64,000 nucleotides of DNA, from NCBI GenBank assembly GCA_035290965.1, contig DATDTD010000064.1:108-64107 (forward strand), read 5' to 3'. Both the position numbers and the translations under genes were made by a program. Positions 45,037 through 54,600 of this stretch are shown here, in pieces. Under the pieces are notes generated by a model. It had not been told where the DNA came from. It did no database searches and was given only the letters and a program-made list of their open reading frames with translations. This DNA is from an archaeon. Lineage in GTDB: Archaea; Iainarchaeota; Iainarchaeia; Iainarchaeales; GCA-2688035. Position 1 is the first letter of the stretch. Each line of letters opens with the position of its first letter.

Positions 45037-46232
45037 TAAAACCCCAGATAAAATAATAAAGCTGGAATCATTAAAAATGCCATGCAGTTAGTCCTTTTCA
45101 CGCCTTTGGAAACAGCAAGCAGTCCGATTGCAGTTGCGGAAGCAAAGGCAATCAGGCCTGAAATTTCAGAGAGAAATGCAACAAGCGCTATCAGCACTGC
45201 AAGAATTATCAGGTTTGTTTTTTCATAATTTATCCTGTGCATTTTTTTTACAATTATTTTTGCGAGAAACATTGTAACAGCAAAGCCGAAGCCGAGAGCT
45301 ATTAGGCCGGCAATGCACAAAAGCAGAATGTTCTGAGCGCTTATTTCAATTAACTGGCTTATTGCTGCGGCGCTTCCGTTCCTTGTTTTTCCCCATGCAA
45401 ACAAAACAAGAAAGCCGAGCAGCATGTTTGCTGTTCCGCTCCCCCCGAGCAGGACAAGGAATTTTTTTGTGGAAATTTTTCCAAAAATCTTTTTCAGGAT
45501 GAAAGCCGCCTGGTTCGAGCCTATTGCAGGGAGTATTGAAACAATGCTTCCGGCAAGAAAACCCAGCAGGCTTCCTTCGAGAATAATCGTTTTTTTTATT
45601 CTAAATTTTTTTTCCTGTTGTTCCGGAAAAACGCTTTTTTTCCTCAGGGATTCTATTATTGTTGCCGCGCCGAAAAAACCCGTTATACCGGCAAGCAATG
45701 GCTCTTTTACAATGCTTTTTTCCCCGAGAACAATTGCCCCAAGCAGGGCGGAAAGCGCAATTATTGTTATTGCCCAGAATTTTTTCCCCATTCCCTTTTC
45801 TCCAAGAACCATTGTTGCAAGCACAACTAAAAGCGCAAAGGGAATTATTTTCGGAAGGAAGGAACTTGCCTTCTGCACAAAAAGGACAAAAACCGGCGCA
45901 AATGCAATTGCAATCAATCCCGAAAAAAACGCTCCGCTCGCTGCGAGCTTTATTGCAAGCAATCCCTTTCCCTTCAGCAGCATTCTGTGCCCTGGAAGCA
46001 CTGACAAAAAATTTTCCTCTTCGGGCGCCCCAAAAAGAATGCTGGGCACAAAATCAACAAAGGAATGCACAATGCTCATGCTTGCAATCATTAATGAAAC
46101 TCCCAATGCATCTGCAGGTCGCATTGTTGCCGCAAAAGCAGCAACAGTATTGATGTGAATCCCGGGGCTCAAGCCAGTGAAGATTCCTATAATGCATCCC
46201 AGAAGAATCCAGAAAACAGGGAAAACATCCAT
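45036..46232 (-). CDS. TctA/DUF112-family membrane protein
   Basis: GLSPGIHINTVAAF near the N-terminus plus many TM segments. ATG at 46232; the ORF track extends to a TTG at 46271. Confidence 0.65.
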   Translation of the reverse strand: MDVFPVFWILLGCIIGIFTGLSPGIHINTVAAFAATMRPADALGVSLMIASMSIVHSFVDFVPSILFGAPEEENFLSVLPGHRMLLKGKGLLAIKLAASGAFFSGLIAIAFAPVFVLFVQKASSFLPKIIPFALLVVLATMVLGEKGMGKKFWAITIIALSALLGAIVLGEKSIVKEPLLAGITGFFGAATIIESLRKKSVFPEQQEKKFRIKKTIILEGSLLGFLAGSIVSILPAIGSNQAAFILKKIFGKISTKKFLVLLGGSGTANMLLGFLVLFAWGKTRNGSAAAISQLIEISAQNILLLCIAGLIALGFGFAVTMFLAKIIVKKMHRINYEKTNLIILAVLIALVAFLSEISGLIAFASATAIGLLAVSKGVKRTNCMAFLMIPALLFYLGF

Positions 46233-46236
46233 TTTC

Positions 46237-46662
46237 TCACTGGTTCCATTCCTCTGCCTTTTCAACAACAATTTCCAACTGCCTGTTGTACAACTGGATT
46301 TTTCCAGTTATTTTCAAAAATTTCTGCTCCCTGAACAACTGCCTTTCCTCAATGCTTGGATTGAATTTTACTCCAAGGATTTTGTTTCCATCGTACAATT
46401 CAAAGGAAATTGTTTTTTCCTTTTCAGAAAACCAGTTTACCCTGCCTTTTGCAACCACAGCCAGTCCAGTTTTCTCCCGGGTTATTTCTCCTATTTTCAT
46501 TTCCTTTGCTTCAAAAATTCCCTGCAAAAAAAACAGAATCAGGATTCCTGAAATTGCTATTGCAATCGAAACACTGCCAAGGCTAATGCCGAGATGCATG
46601 AAAAGAAAACGCAAAAAGAGAGAATAAAAAGCAGGCGCCTGTTTCGGCAAAAAACGAAACAA
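46237..46662 (-). CDS. membrane-anchored OB-fold (tRNA_anti-like) protein
   Basis: One TM, then VVAKGRVNWFSEKEKTISFELYDGN..LGVKF.....KITGKIQLYNRQLEIVV. An alternative ATG is at 46599. Confidence 0.55.
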   Translation of the reverse strand: MFRFLPKQAPAFYSLFLRFLFMHLGISLGSVSIAIAISGILILFFLQGIFEAKEMKIGEITREKTGLAVVAKGRVNWFSEKEKTISFELYDGNKILGVKFNPSIEERQLFREQKFLKITGKIQLYNRQLEIVVEKAEEWNQ

Positions 46663-46668
46663 AAAGTT

Positions 46669-47037
46669 CTAGCAATTATTTTGGTTTGAATTTAATTTTA
46701 CAAAAACTGTTTGGTATAAATTTTTTTGTCTTATTATCCATGCAATTCCCGCGGCATTGATGTCTGTGCAGCCGACAACCCCGCCGTCCAAGGACTTTGT
46801 AGTAATGAGCAGGGTAATCTTGCTGCTTGCAAGGTCTTCTGTATGGACAATTGTGTCTATGACAAAATTTGCGTTCGGGTTTGCGTTTATTGCGAGCAGC
46901 GCCGTTGCCCTTGCAAGCCCGATTGCAATAGTCGGATTCTGTATTGCGTTGAAATAGCCGAGTATTGCTGTTGCCATTACAATTACTATGAGCGCAAGGC
47001 TGATTGTTTCAATGCTTGCCTGTGCCTTTGAATTCAT
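46669..47037 (-). CDS. pilin-like protein (class III signal peptide)
   Basis: MNSKAQ|ASIETISLALIVIVMATAIL. ATG at 47037. Confidence 0.65.
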   Translation of the reverse strand: MNSKAQASIETISLALIVIVMATAILGYFNAIQNPTIAIGLARATALLAINANPNANFVIDTIVHTEDLASSKITLLITTKSLDGGVVGCTDINAAGIAWIIRQKNLYQTVFVKLNSNQNNC

Positions 47038-47041
47038 TTTC

Positions 47042-47599
47042 TCACGGAACAATTCCTACTGAAATAGCTCCCGCTGTTTTTGAAATGCTCACGTTTGCAA
47101 GTGACCTTTCAGTTCCGCCGCCCAAAAAAGCCCCGTTCGGATTAGTGCTGCATGAAAAATCAGTTGCCTGAACTGCAATTCTTCCCCGACATTCAAGTGT
47201 TTCTTGCAAGGTTACTGGATTTATTGTTGTTGCACAGCAGTTTGTAGCGCCTGCAGGGCAAGAAGCCGGGTCGTTCGGGTTCCAGGTATTGAGCATTTCA
47301 GCGCTGTAATCTATTGAACCGCTTTCGCAGGTTATTGCGCTTTTTTCAGGAAGGAAAACGCTTATTGTTGACTTTGCGCTGTTCGGAGAAAGCCCGACAG
47401 AATCAATTGTTCCCGCGATTTTCTGCGCCGCAATCTTTGCGTTCCCCAGCCTTGAGATTTCTTCTGCGGAATTGTTTGAAAAATTCACCATTGGCATTAC
47501 TACTGCAGTAATATAGATTATTATGAACAGCAATAGGAAAATGAATTCTATTGAAACCTGCCCTCTTGAATTCTTCAAAGCAAAAAAAGCCAGTGCCAT
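47042..47599 (-). CDS. pilin-like protein (class III signal peptide)
   Basis: ...KNSRGQ|VSIEFIFLLLFIIIYITAVV. Confidence 0.65.
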   Translation of the reverse strand: MALAFFALKNSRGQVSIEFIFLLLFIIIYITAVVMPMVNFSNNSAEEISRLGNAKIAAQKIAGTIDSVGLSPNSAKSTISVFLPEKSAITCESGSIDYSAEMLNTWNPNDPASCPAGATNCCATTINPVTLQETLECRGRIAVQATDFSCSTNPNGAFLGGGTERSLANVSISKTAGAISVGIVP

Positions 47600-48699
47600 A
47601 AAAAATCTCCCGCCAAACCCAAAAAAACATATGCAATCAGGACAGCCGGAACAAACGGAACACTTTCGCTGATTGAAACATTTTCCCCAATCTTTTTTTC
47701 CTTTGCAAGCGCCTGCAGTTCCTTTATTTCTTCCAAAGACAATCCTGCTGCCCTTGCGCTTGAAACAATTCTCCTGCCCTTCGGATTCAGATAATCCGAT
47801 AGTTCATGCAATCTATTTTGTTTTAAGTAATTAATAACATTTTTGATTTGAATTTCAGGAGCCTTTGAGACTGTTCCATTGCTTTCAATGAATGTTTCCG
47901 AAACAATCATTCCTTCTTCAAGGTTTGAAACATTCACTTTTTTCCTCAGCAGTGTTTTCGACAAAAAATACAATTTGAACAAAAGCCACACGCCCAAAAA
48001 GAAAAATAACAGCAGAAAAAGCCATTGCAAAGAAGCAGTCATGTCCTGCAAGAGCGCAAAGGCAAAAACAGCAACCGCGATTCCAACCTGCAGAACTCTT
48101 TTTCTCAAAAGCCCGAAAGCAAACAGCAATGGAATGTCAAGCAGCACTGGCAAATTGAAATACATGAGGATAAAACCCATTCCTATTATTGCAAAGCAGT
48201 ATTCTATTGTCGAAAAAATCTTTTTTCTTGCATCAAGCAGGAAAGCCTTTTTCTGTTCATGATTCTTCTGGAGCTTTACTGCGCTTATGAATGCGCCGTA
48301 CGGCAGCATTGCAAAAACAGAGAAAATGAAAAGGCTTATTACAAAAATCGGGAGCTGTATGCTCGGGCTTGTTATTCCAAATGCATTAAGGATATTCGGG
48401 TTTATGGGATTCAAAGCCGCGATTGCAATCATTAGTTTTACGTCTCCGCCAGCCCATACTCCCGCTTTCCATAAAAGCCATGCAAAGCCGAACGCAATCG
48501 CTATTCCCGCAATGCAAAAAGCAACCGGGAGAATGCTTGCTTCAAGGAAACCCTGTGCGACATGCAGTATTATTCCAAGCGCAAGCATTGCATAATTCAG
48601 CTTATCGGGAACAATTCTCTGTTTCAAATCAGTAAAGGTTGCTGTGGCAAGGAAAAAAAGTGAAATAAAAAAGAAAAAGAACCGGAACAACAAAAACAC
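47575..48699 (-). CDS. A24-family prepilin/preflagellin peptidase with a C-terminal extension
   Basis: TATFTDLKQRIVPDKLN (first Asp) and AGGDVKLM (second Asp, GxGD-like), within a polytopic membrane protein. Confidence 0.8.
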   Translation of the reverse strand: MFLLFRFFFFFISLFFLATATFTDLKQRIVPDKLNYAMLALGIILHVAQGFLEASILPVAFCIAGIAIAFGFAWLLWKAGVWAGGDVKLMIAIAALNPINPNILNAFGITSPSIQLPIFVISLFIFSVFAMLPYGAFISAVKLQKNHEQKKAFLLDARKKIFSTIEYCFAIIGMGFILMYFNLPVLLDIPLLFAFGLLRKRVLQVGIAVAVFAFALLQDMTASLQWLFLLLFFFLGVWLLFKLYFLSKTLLRKKVNVSNLEEGMIVSETFIESNGTVSKAPEIQIKNVINYLKQNRLHELSDYLNPKGRRIVSSARAAGLSLEEIKELQALAKEKKIGENVSISESVPFVPAVLIAYVFLGLAGDFLWHWLFLL

Positions 48700-48712
48700 C
48701 TTTTTGTTGTTC

Positions 48713-48883
48713 TCAGGAAAGCAGGGAGCCTATTGTTTTGTTCCTGTAATTGAGAATGTCAGACTGCGAAGCAAGCGCCAATCCCCTGATTGAATCAATG
48801 AGCAGCGCTGCAGAGGTAGCCAGAATAATCACAAAGCTGGCTAACAGCAAATACTCAAAGGAAACCTGCGCAGTGCACTCCAT
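48713..48883 (-). CDS. small pilin-like protein
   Basis: MECTAQ|VSFEYLLLASFVIILATSAAL. ATG at 48883. Confidence 0.6.
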   Translation of the reverse strand: MECTAQVSFEYLLLASFVIILATSAALLIDSIRGLALASQSDILNYRNKTIGSLLS

Positions 48884-48894
48884 GAAAAAAACCT

Positions 48895-49203
48895 TTATGG
48901 GAAGCAAGTTCCTGTTCTGCCGCCAATTCCAACGGGTGTTTTGCCAACGCAAACGTTTACTGAGTTTAACGTGCAGTCTCCTTCGTTACACAGCGTGTTT
49001 GTTGTTGATGCGTCCGGGTCTTTTCCATTACAAGCGTCTGCTGTGTTTGGTCCTGCGCACAGTCCGTCAAGTATGTTTTGGTTTGTCCTTGATTGTACTG
49101 GACCGGTTGTAGACGATATCAGTGCGATTACTATTGCCGCAACCAATACTGCTCCGCCGATTATGAGGAGATACTCAAGCGCTCCTTGTCCTTTTGTATT
49201 CAT
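48895..49203 (-). CDS. pilin with a canonical class III signal peptide and a Cys-rich C-terminal domain (candidate major pilin)
   Basis: MNTKGQ|GALEYLLIIGGAVLVAAIVIAL, with eight Cys in the C-terminal 60 aa. Confidence 0.75.
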   Translation of the reverse strand: MNTKGQGALEYLLIIGGAVLVAAIVIALISSTTGPVQSRTNQNILDGLCAGPNTADACNGKDPDASTTNTLCNEGDCTLNSVNVCVGKTPVGIGGRTGTCFP

Positions 49204-49300
49204 TTAAAAACCTCCATTTATTTTTTTGCAAAAAAATTACAATTTTTATACTTCTTTATTGTTTATTCCTGTTTAAATAACTGCCTTTTTCTTCAAAGCA

Positions 49301-49456
49301 CTATCTCGGCGGCTGGTTAAGCTGGTTTTCAATTGCAGGCTCAAGGTTCCGCGGAATGCTTTTAAGATACAATCCGACTGCGGTTGCAATCGCAATAATG
49401 CTTCCAAGCAGAAGCAGATACTCAAGCGAAGTCTGCGCCCTGTTTTCCTTAAACAT
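49301..49456 (-). CDS. 51-aa pilin-like protein (not in the ORF track)
   Basis: My own translation is MFKENRAQ|TSLEYLLLLGSIIAIATAVGLYLKSIPRNLEPAIENQLNQPPR. The track ORF 49273-49479 is in a different, implausible frame. Confidence 0.6.
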   Translation of the reverse strand: MFKENRAQTSLEYLLLLGSIIAIATAVGLYLKSIPRNLEPAIENQLNQPPR

Positions 49457-49481
49457 TTTTTCACAGCTCTTTTTTTCACTT

Positions 49482-50408
49482 TCAGCCTATCATTAACCCC
49501 GATGCGAATCCCGCAACATAGTAGAGAATGAAAGCCAGTAATAAAAGGATTGGGAAGTATATAATGCTTTTGCTCAATTTTCCGTCGCGCATCAAAGCAA
49601 CCATTGTGCTTGTCGCCAAAACCTCTATCAAAAGATATGCGAGCATGAGCGTGAGAATAAAATCTTTTACGGAAAGCACTTCAAGCCTCTGGGCTTCTGA
49701 AACCCCCGCGCTTGCGCCCGCCCTTATGAACAAGGAGATTACTGTCGAAACAAATCCGAAAATCATAGGAGTTATGAATACTCCCGCTGCAACCATGAAA
49801 ATTACCTGCATCATTACCTGTGCTTTTCTTTCCACTGAAATCCTGTATGCTTCCCTTACATCGTTTGAAATGTCGTCAAGCACATCTGCAAGCCCTGCGC
49901 CGGCTTTTATTGTATCGACGATTACTGTAACGCTCCTGCTGATGAGCCTTGAATTAATGTTTTCCGAAAAACTGCGCAGGCTGTCTTCAAGGTTTTCCCC
50001 CTCCTCCAGCTTTCTCAAAACCATTTCAATTTCCTTGCTCAAGGGGCCGTACTGCGAGAGCGCAACTTCGCGGAGGGCAAACTCGTATGTTCCGCCTGCT
50101 TTCAAAGTATCCGACATCTGTTTCAATGCCTCGGGAAGCGCTTCCTCTATCTGGCTTATTCTTTCCATTGCCTTGAGGTATGGATATCCAAGCATTATGT
50201 CGAGCACTCCCAAAAAAGCCGCAAAGCTTGTTATCTGGGAAATCGGAAGCTCAAGCCTTGAAATTAAGAGATAGCAGACAATGAAAGCGAGCGAGGAAAA
50301 AGAAGCCGAAATCAGAATCCAGGTTGTAGCCTTGTACCTGAACTGGGCTTCGCGTATTATTCTCTTGTATTTTGTCAGCAAAGCGAATCTGCTTTCTTTT
50401 ACAACCAT
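49482..50408 (-). CDS. FlaJ/TadC-like (T2SS-F domain) pilus platform membrane protein
   Basis: ATG at 50408 (MVVKESRF...). It has a helical cytoplasmic T2SSF-like segment flanked by TMs. The upstream part of the track ORF overlaps the preceding gene. Confidence 0.7.
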   Translation of the reverse strand: MVVKESRFALLTKYKRIIREAQFRYKATTWILISASFSSLAFIVCYLLISRLELPISQITSFAAFLGVLDIMLGYPYLKAMERISQIEEALPEALKQMSDTLKAGGTYEFALREVALSQYGPLSKEIEMVLRKLEEGENLEDSLRSFSENINSRLISRSVTVIVDTIKAGAGLADVLDDISNDVREAYRISVERKAQVMMQVIFMVAAGVFITPMIFGFVSTVISLFIRAGASAGVSEAQRLEVLSVKDFILTLMLAYLLIEVLATSTMVALMRDGKLSKSIIYFPILLLLAFILYYVAGFASGLMIG

Positions 50409-50440
50409 TTTTTTTTCACTTTTTTTTATTTTTCTTTTTT

Positions 50441-51634
50441 TTATACCTTTGGCTGCGAGGATTTTATGTAGATTACAAGCATAAGCAGCAGCGCGGGCAG
50501 CACAACCAGATACATGACGCTCATTGTAACGGGAGTCAGCGGCAGCGACTGCAGTGAAACAGTGTTTCCGGTTATTACGCTGTTTCTTATTGCGCCCAGA
50601 ATTCCCATTATTACAGGAAGCCATATTGCAACGAAAATAAATATTACCCCGAAAAAATTCATTCTCTGTGCAAAGTCACGGGTTTTCATTCTAAGTTCAA
50701 AGCCCACATCGTCCGCAATAGTGCTCATTATTTCAGAAAGATTCCCGCCTGTTTTCAATGCGCGTATCATGTGCGTTAAGGAATTTCTCAGCGACTTGTT
50801 CTGCGTCCTTAGAGCAAGCCTGCTTAACGCGTCCTTTATTTCAATTCCCTCCTCAACCTCGTTAATTGTTTTTGCAAACTCCTCGCTTAAAACTCCATAA
50901 TCGGAAACAGCTATTGCCTGCAATGTCCTGTACAATCCCATTCCCGAATGAAGTTCAGTGCTCATGTGCCTTAACGCAAAGGGAAGTTCCATGCTTATCG
51001 CGTCTCCGCGCGATTTTGCCTTCTGCTTTGGAACAGCAAAAATAACTATTACGCTCAAAAAGAAAAACCATATCGCAAGGAGAACCGGCGCCAGAATCTT
51101 CAGGTAAAGCGGCAGCCAGGACAATCCGATTAATATCCCGGAAATTGCAAATACAACGAGCGCGCAGATTGTCGAAAGAGTAACTGTTATTGCAACATAC
51201 TGTTTTACTGAATAGCGCATGTTTGCGGAAAACAAAAAATATGAAAGTGTTTCCATCTGCGGCATTCTTATTACTATTTTGCTCAAGGGGGAGAAAATCC
51301 TTTTTGCCTTTATGTAAAGCATTCCGATTTTTCTCACTGTGGGCGAGCTTACCTCCTGCAGTTCTTCAACCTTCTGGATTTCAATTTCTTTTGTTTTTCC
51401 CTCTGCAATTATTCCTCTCAATTCTCCTAAGCTTCCTTCGAGGCCGCCGTATTCAACGCCTTCCAGCTGGTATTTCCTGCGCATTTTTTGCACAATGCTT
51501 TCCACTTTTTCAACGTCCAATCCTTCCAGCTTTTCCTCTTCGTGCCCTGTTTCCTGCGCAGGCTTCTGCAGGGCTTCGCCTTTCTTTTTGTCCTTTTCCT
51601 CTATTTTCTTTTTTAGGAAATCCAGAGAAGCCAT
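50441..51634 (-). CDS. FlaJ/TadB-like (T2SS-F domain) pilus platform membrane protein
   Basis: 397 aa with an acidic N-terminal cytoplasmic region, TM pairs and a T2SSF-like helical segment (LPFALRHMSTELHSGMGLYRTLQAIA). Confidence 0.7.
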   Translation of the reverse strand: MASLDFLKKKIEEKDKKKGEALQKPAQETGHEEEKLEGLDVEKVESIVQKMRRKYQLEGVEYGGLEGSLGELRGIIAEGKTKEIEIQKVEELQEVSSPTVRKIGMLYIKAKRIFSPLSKIVIRMPQMETLSYFLFSANMRYSVKQYVAITVTLSTICALVVFAISGILIGLSWLPLYLKILAPVLLAIWFFFLSVIVIFAVPKQKAKSRGDAISMELPFALRHMSTELHSGMGLYRTLQAIAVSDYGVLSEEFAKTINEVEEGIEIKDALSRLALRTQNKSLRNSLTHMIRALKTGGNLSEIMSTIADDVGFELRMKTRDFAQRMNFFGVIFIFVAIWLPVIMGILGAIRNSVITGNTVSLQSLPLTPVTMSVMYLVVLPALLLMLVIYIKSSQPKV

Positions 51635-54600
51635 CAGCTTTCCCTCTTTTTGAGAATAAAAGAATTAGTTGCGTCCTGCACGCTCTTCATGTCGCGGATT
51701 CCCTTTTTGCTGAGCCCTCTCAAAAAATCCGCTCTTTCCTTTATTTCAAGTTCAAGATCTTTTTTTGCAAGTCCTGTAAACTCGCCGAGCATCTGAATGT
51801 ATCTTGCGGAAATGCTGCTTCTTTCAAGCAGGTCTTTTACAGGCTCTCTTGAAAAAACAGGCTGTGTCTGGGCTTTTCCCGCGAGGACTCCGCTCACCTC
51901 TGAAATTTCAGTCAATCTTCTTATTGTCCCTTTTTTCTTGTCGTGCAATCTGTGCTCTATCAAAATCAAGTCAAGCCCGCTCAGCATTAATTCCGGAACA
52001 TTCATTGGCGGGCTTGTTATTCTTACAATTGTTTCCTGCGCGGAATTTGCATGGATTGTTCCCATTGAGCCCACATGCCCTGTGTTCATTGCAGTGAAAA
52101 GGCTGAATGCTTCTCTATGACGCACTTCTCCCACAATTATCCTGTCAGGGCGCATTCTCAAGGAGTTTTTTGTGAGAATGTCAAGAGTCAGTTCTCCCTT
52201 TCCTTCAAGTCCTGGGGGTCGTGACTCTAATCTTATCCAGTGCTTCAAGGGAAGGTTTAATTCCGCAGTATTGTGGGCAAAAACATTTGAGCAGACAAAG
52301 TTTTCGCATTCCGGAACAGATAAATCATAAACAGTTCTTTCGGTTTTTTCCAGTGCAATTATTTTTTCTATCTGGTCCCAGAAAATATCGGCTTCTGCAA
52401 GCATTTTGAGTTTTTCATTCGGCTTTTCCTGTGCAATCTTTGCCAGGAATCTCCTTCCGAAGCGGCTTTTTCCGGAATAATATTCGTGCTGAACAGTTAT
52501 TTGCCCTTTAATTGCTTCCAAAAATGCGGCAGGCAATGGAATAATATCTGAACAATCGTGGGTTGCCGGCTTTTTAAGGGCAGTCTCGCGGATTCTTTCC
52601 ATTTTTCTTTTTATTATGAATCCCACGATTTCTTCGAACAGCAAAATATTATTGTAACTTGAAATTCTTCCTTTGAACGTCTTGTCTTTTTGATATGTTT
52701 TTTTTGCAATCCTGCCGTGTATTCCAAGCCTTAACAGCAATGTCTGGACATCTTCCATAAGTTTTTTTGATGCCGATGTCCATTCTATCTCGTTTTTTCC
52801 GACTGTTCCGTCTCCTGAAAAATAACCACTTAAAAATGCAGCGATTTGCCGGTTGTCAAGGCGCATTGTCCAGTCGGGGGCTCTTTTTGTGAAAGCGTTC
52901 CCTTTCAAATCAAGCACATCTTTCATTATTGTTTTTAGCAATGCGGAATTTACCATTGTGGAAAACTTGTCACTGTGCATTTTAGTGCTTATGCCAAACC
53001 GGGCAGCTACTCTCGTTACAAGCTCTTTAAGCTCTGCTTCGCTTACTGAAAATATTATTGAGTTTTTGTCATAACACCCGTCGGCAAGCCACAGTCCCGT
53101 GAGCTCCAGAAATTCCTGGTCGATTTCCAGCATTGCAGGGATTTTAATGCGGCTTCTTCCTGCTTTGAAGCACAGGCCTCTTGCATCCGCATTTGAAAAA
53201 TAGTTTTTTTCAAGCAGTTCCCTGAAAACCCTTACTGGGATAGAGCCTTTTCTTCTCCACAGGTTTATCATTGCACTTTTGCCGCCTGCGGTTTTTTGGT
53301 TAACAAATTCTGAAAGATACTCTTTTGGGATTTTTTTTAAAACACAAGTTATTTTTTCCCCGCATATAAAAAATCTTTCAAGCTTTTCAAGGCAATCCAG
53401 CAGATTAACCTCTTTCAGGCCGCTGGCTTCAAAAGGCAGGCTTCTTGGAGTTGCGATAAAATCGTTTTCCTTTAACTCGCCTGTTTTTATTGCAGAAATA
53501 TTCCCTTCTTCGTCAATGGCAAACAGGGAATGGTCTTCGGTAACTTTAATGCTCTTGCCGCTTTTGAGAATAACTTCAAACATTTTTTTGCATGTTCTGT
53601 GCCTTATAAAACACCTGATTCTTTTTTTCACTATTTTTCCGTTTTTGTCAAAGCACAGTACTTCCAAATCTTCAATGTTTCCGCAAATCTCGTGCTTTTC
53701 CGCAGAGTAACTGCAACCGTGCGTTTCAATCATTTTTTCAACAATTTCCCCGATTTTAACCCTTCTCGGATTGTTTTTTTCAAAAACAATTATTTCCTCA
53801 TCCGCATCAACACTGTCTTCAATTGTAATTATTCTTTCTGATTCGGGAATGAAAGCAGCGAGAACATTCAATGTTGTTGTTTTTCCGCTTCCCGCTCCCC
53901 CTGAAATTAAAATGTTTGCAGGCCTTGAGCCCATTCCTTCCACTGCAAGCCACAAAAATCCCGCAACCTCTGCGCTCATTGTGTTCAGGTTTATCAAATC
54001 CACAATCGAATAAGGATCTTCCCTGAATTTTCTTATTGTTAGAGTGCTTGCTTCAACAGATGCAGGGGGAAAGGTTGCGTTCACTCTGCTTCCGTCAGGG
54101 AGACGTGCATCAAGCAATGGGCTGCTGATATCAACTCTTCTTCCGACTTCGCGCGCAATCCTGTTTGTTAAGTCCTGTATTTCCTGTTCGGAAAAAAATT
54201 CAATGTTTGTTGTCATCATTCCGTACTGCCTGTGAAAAAGGAAAACAGGCTTTTTCGCGCCTACAACCATTATTTCTTCCAGCTTGTCGTCTCTTACAAG
54301 CGGATCAATGATTCCATAGCCCACCATTTCGCGGACAACTGCTTCCGCATAAAAATCAAATCTTCTTTCGGGAATCCTAAGTTCGGGAGCAGAGCGCAGA
54401 ATTTCAAGGATTTTCTGCTTGTAAATCGCTCTTCTCTGCAGTACGTCCCTTATCCTGTAAGGGCTGATTGTAATCAGCCTTGTCGCTGCCTCCTTGATGG
54501 TTGAAACAATTGCCTTTTCAGAGGCAGACGGCCTTGTGACTGGCACCATGTAATAAAGAAGCGGCTTTCCCGGGATCTTGTAAATTTTTACATCGCCATA

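Noticed and set aside
45424-46158. 244-aa + strand ORF opposite the TctA-like gene, and similarly 49528-50274 opposite the FlaJ-like gene
   Set aside because: These are antisense to polytopic membrane genes. Their products are S/P/K-rich and lack structure-like periodicity.
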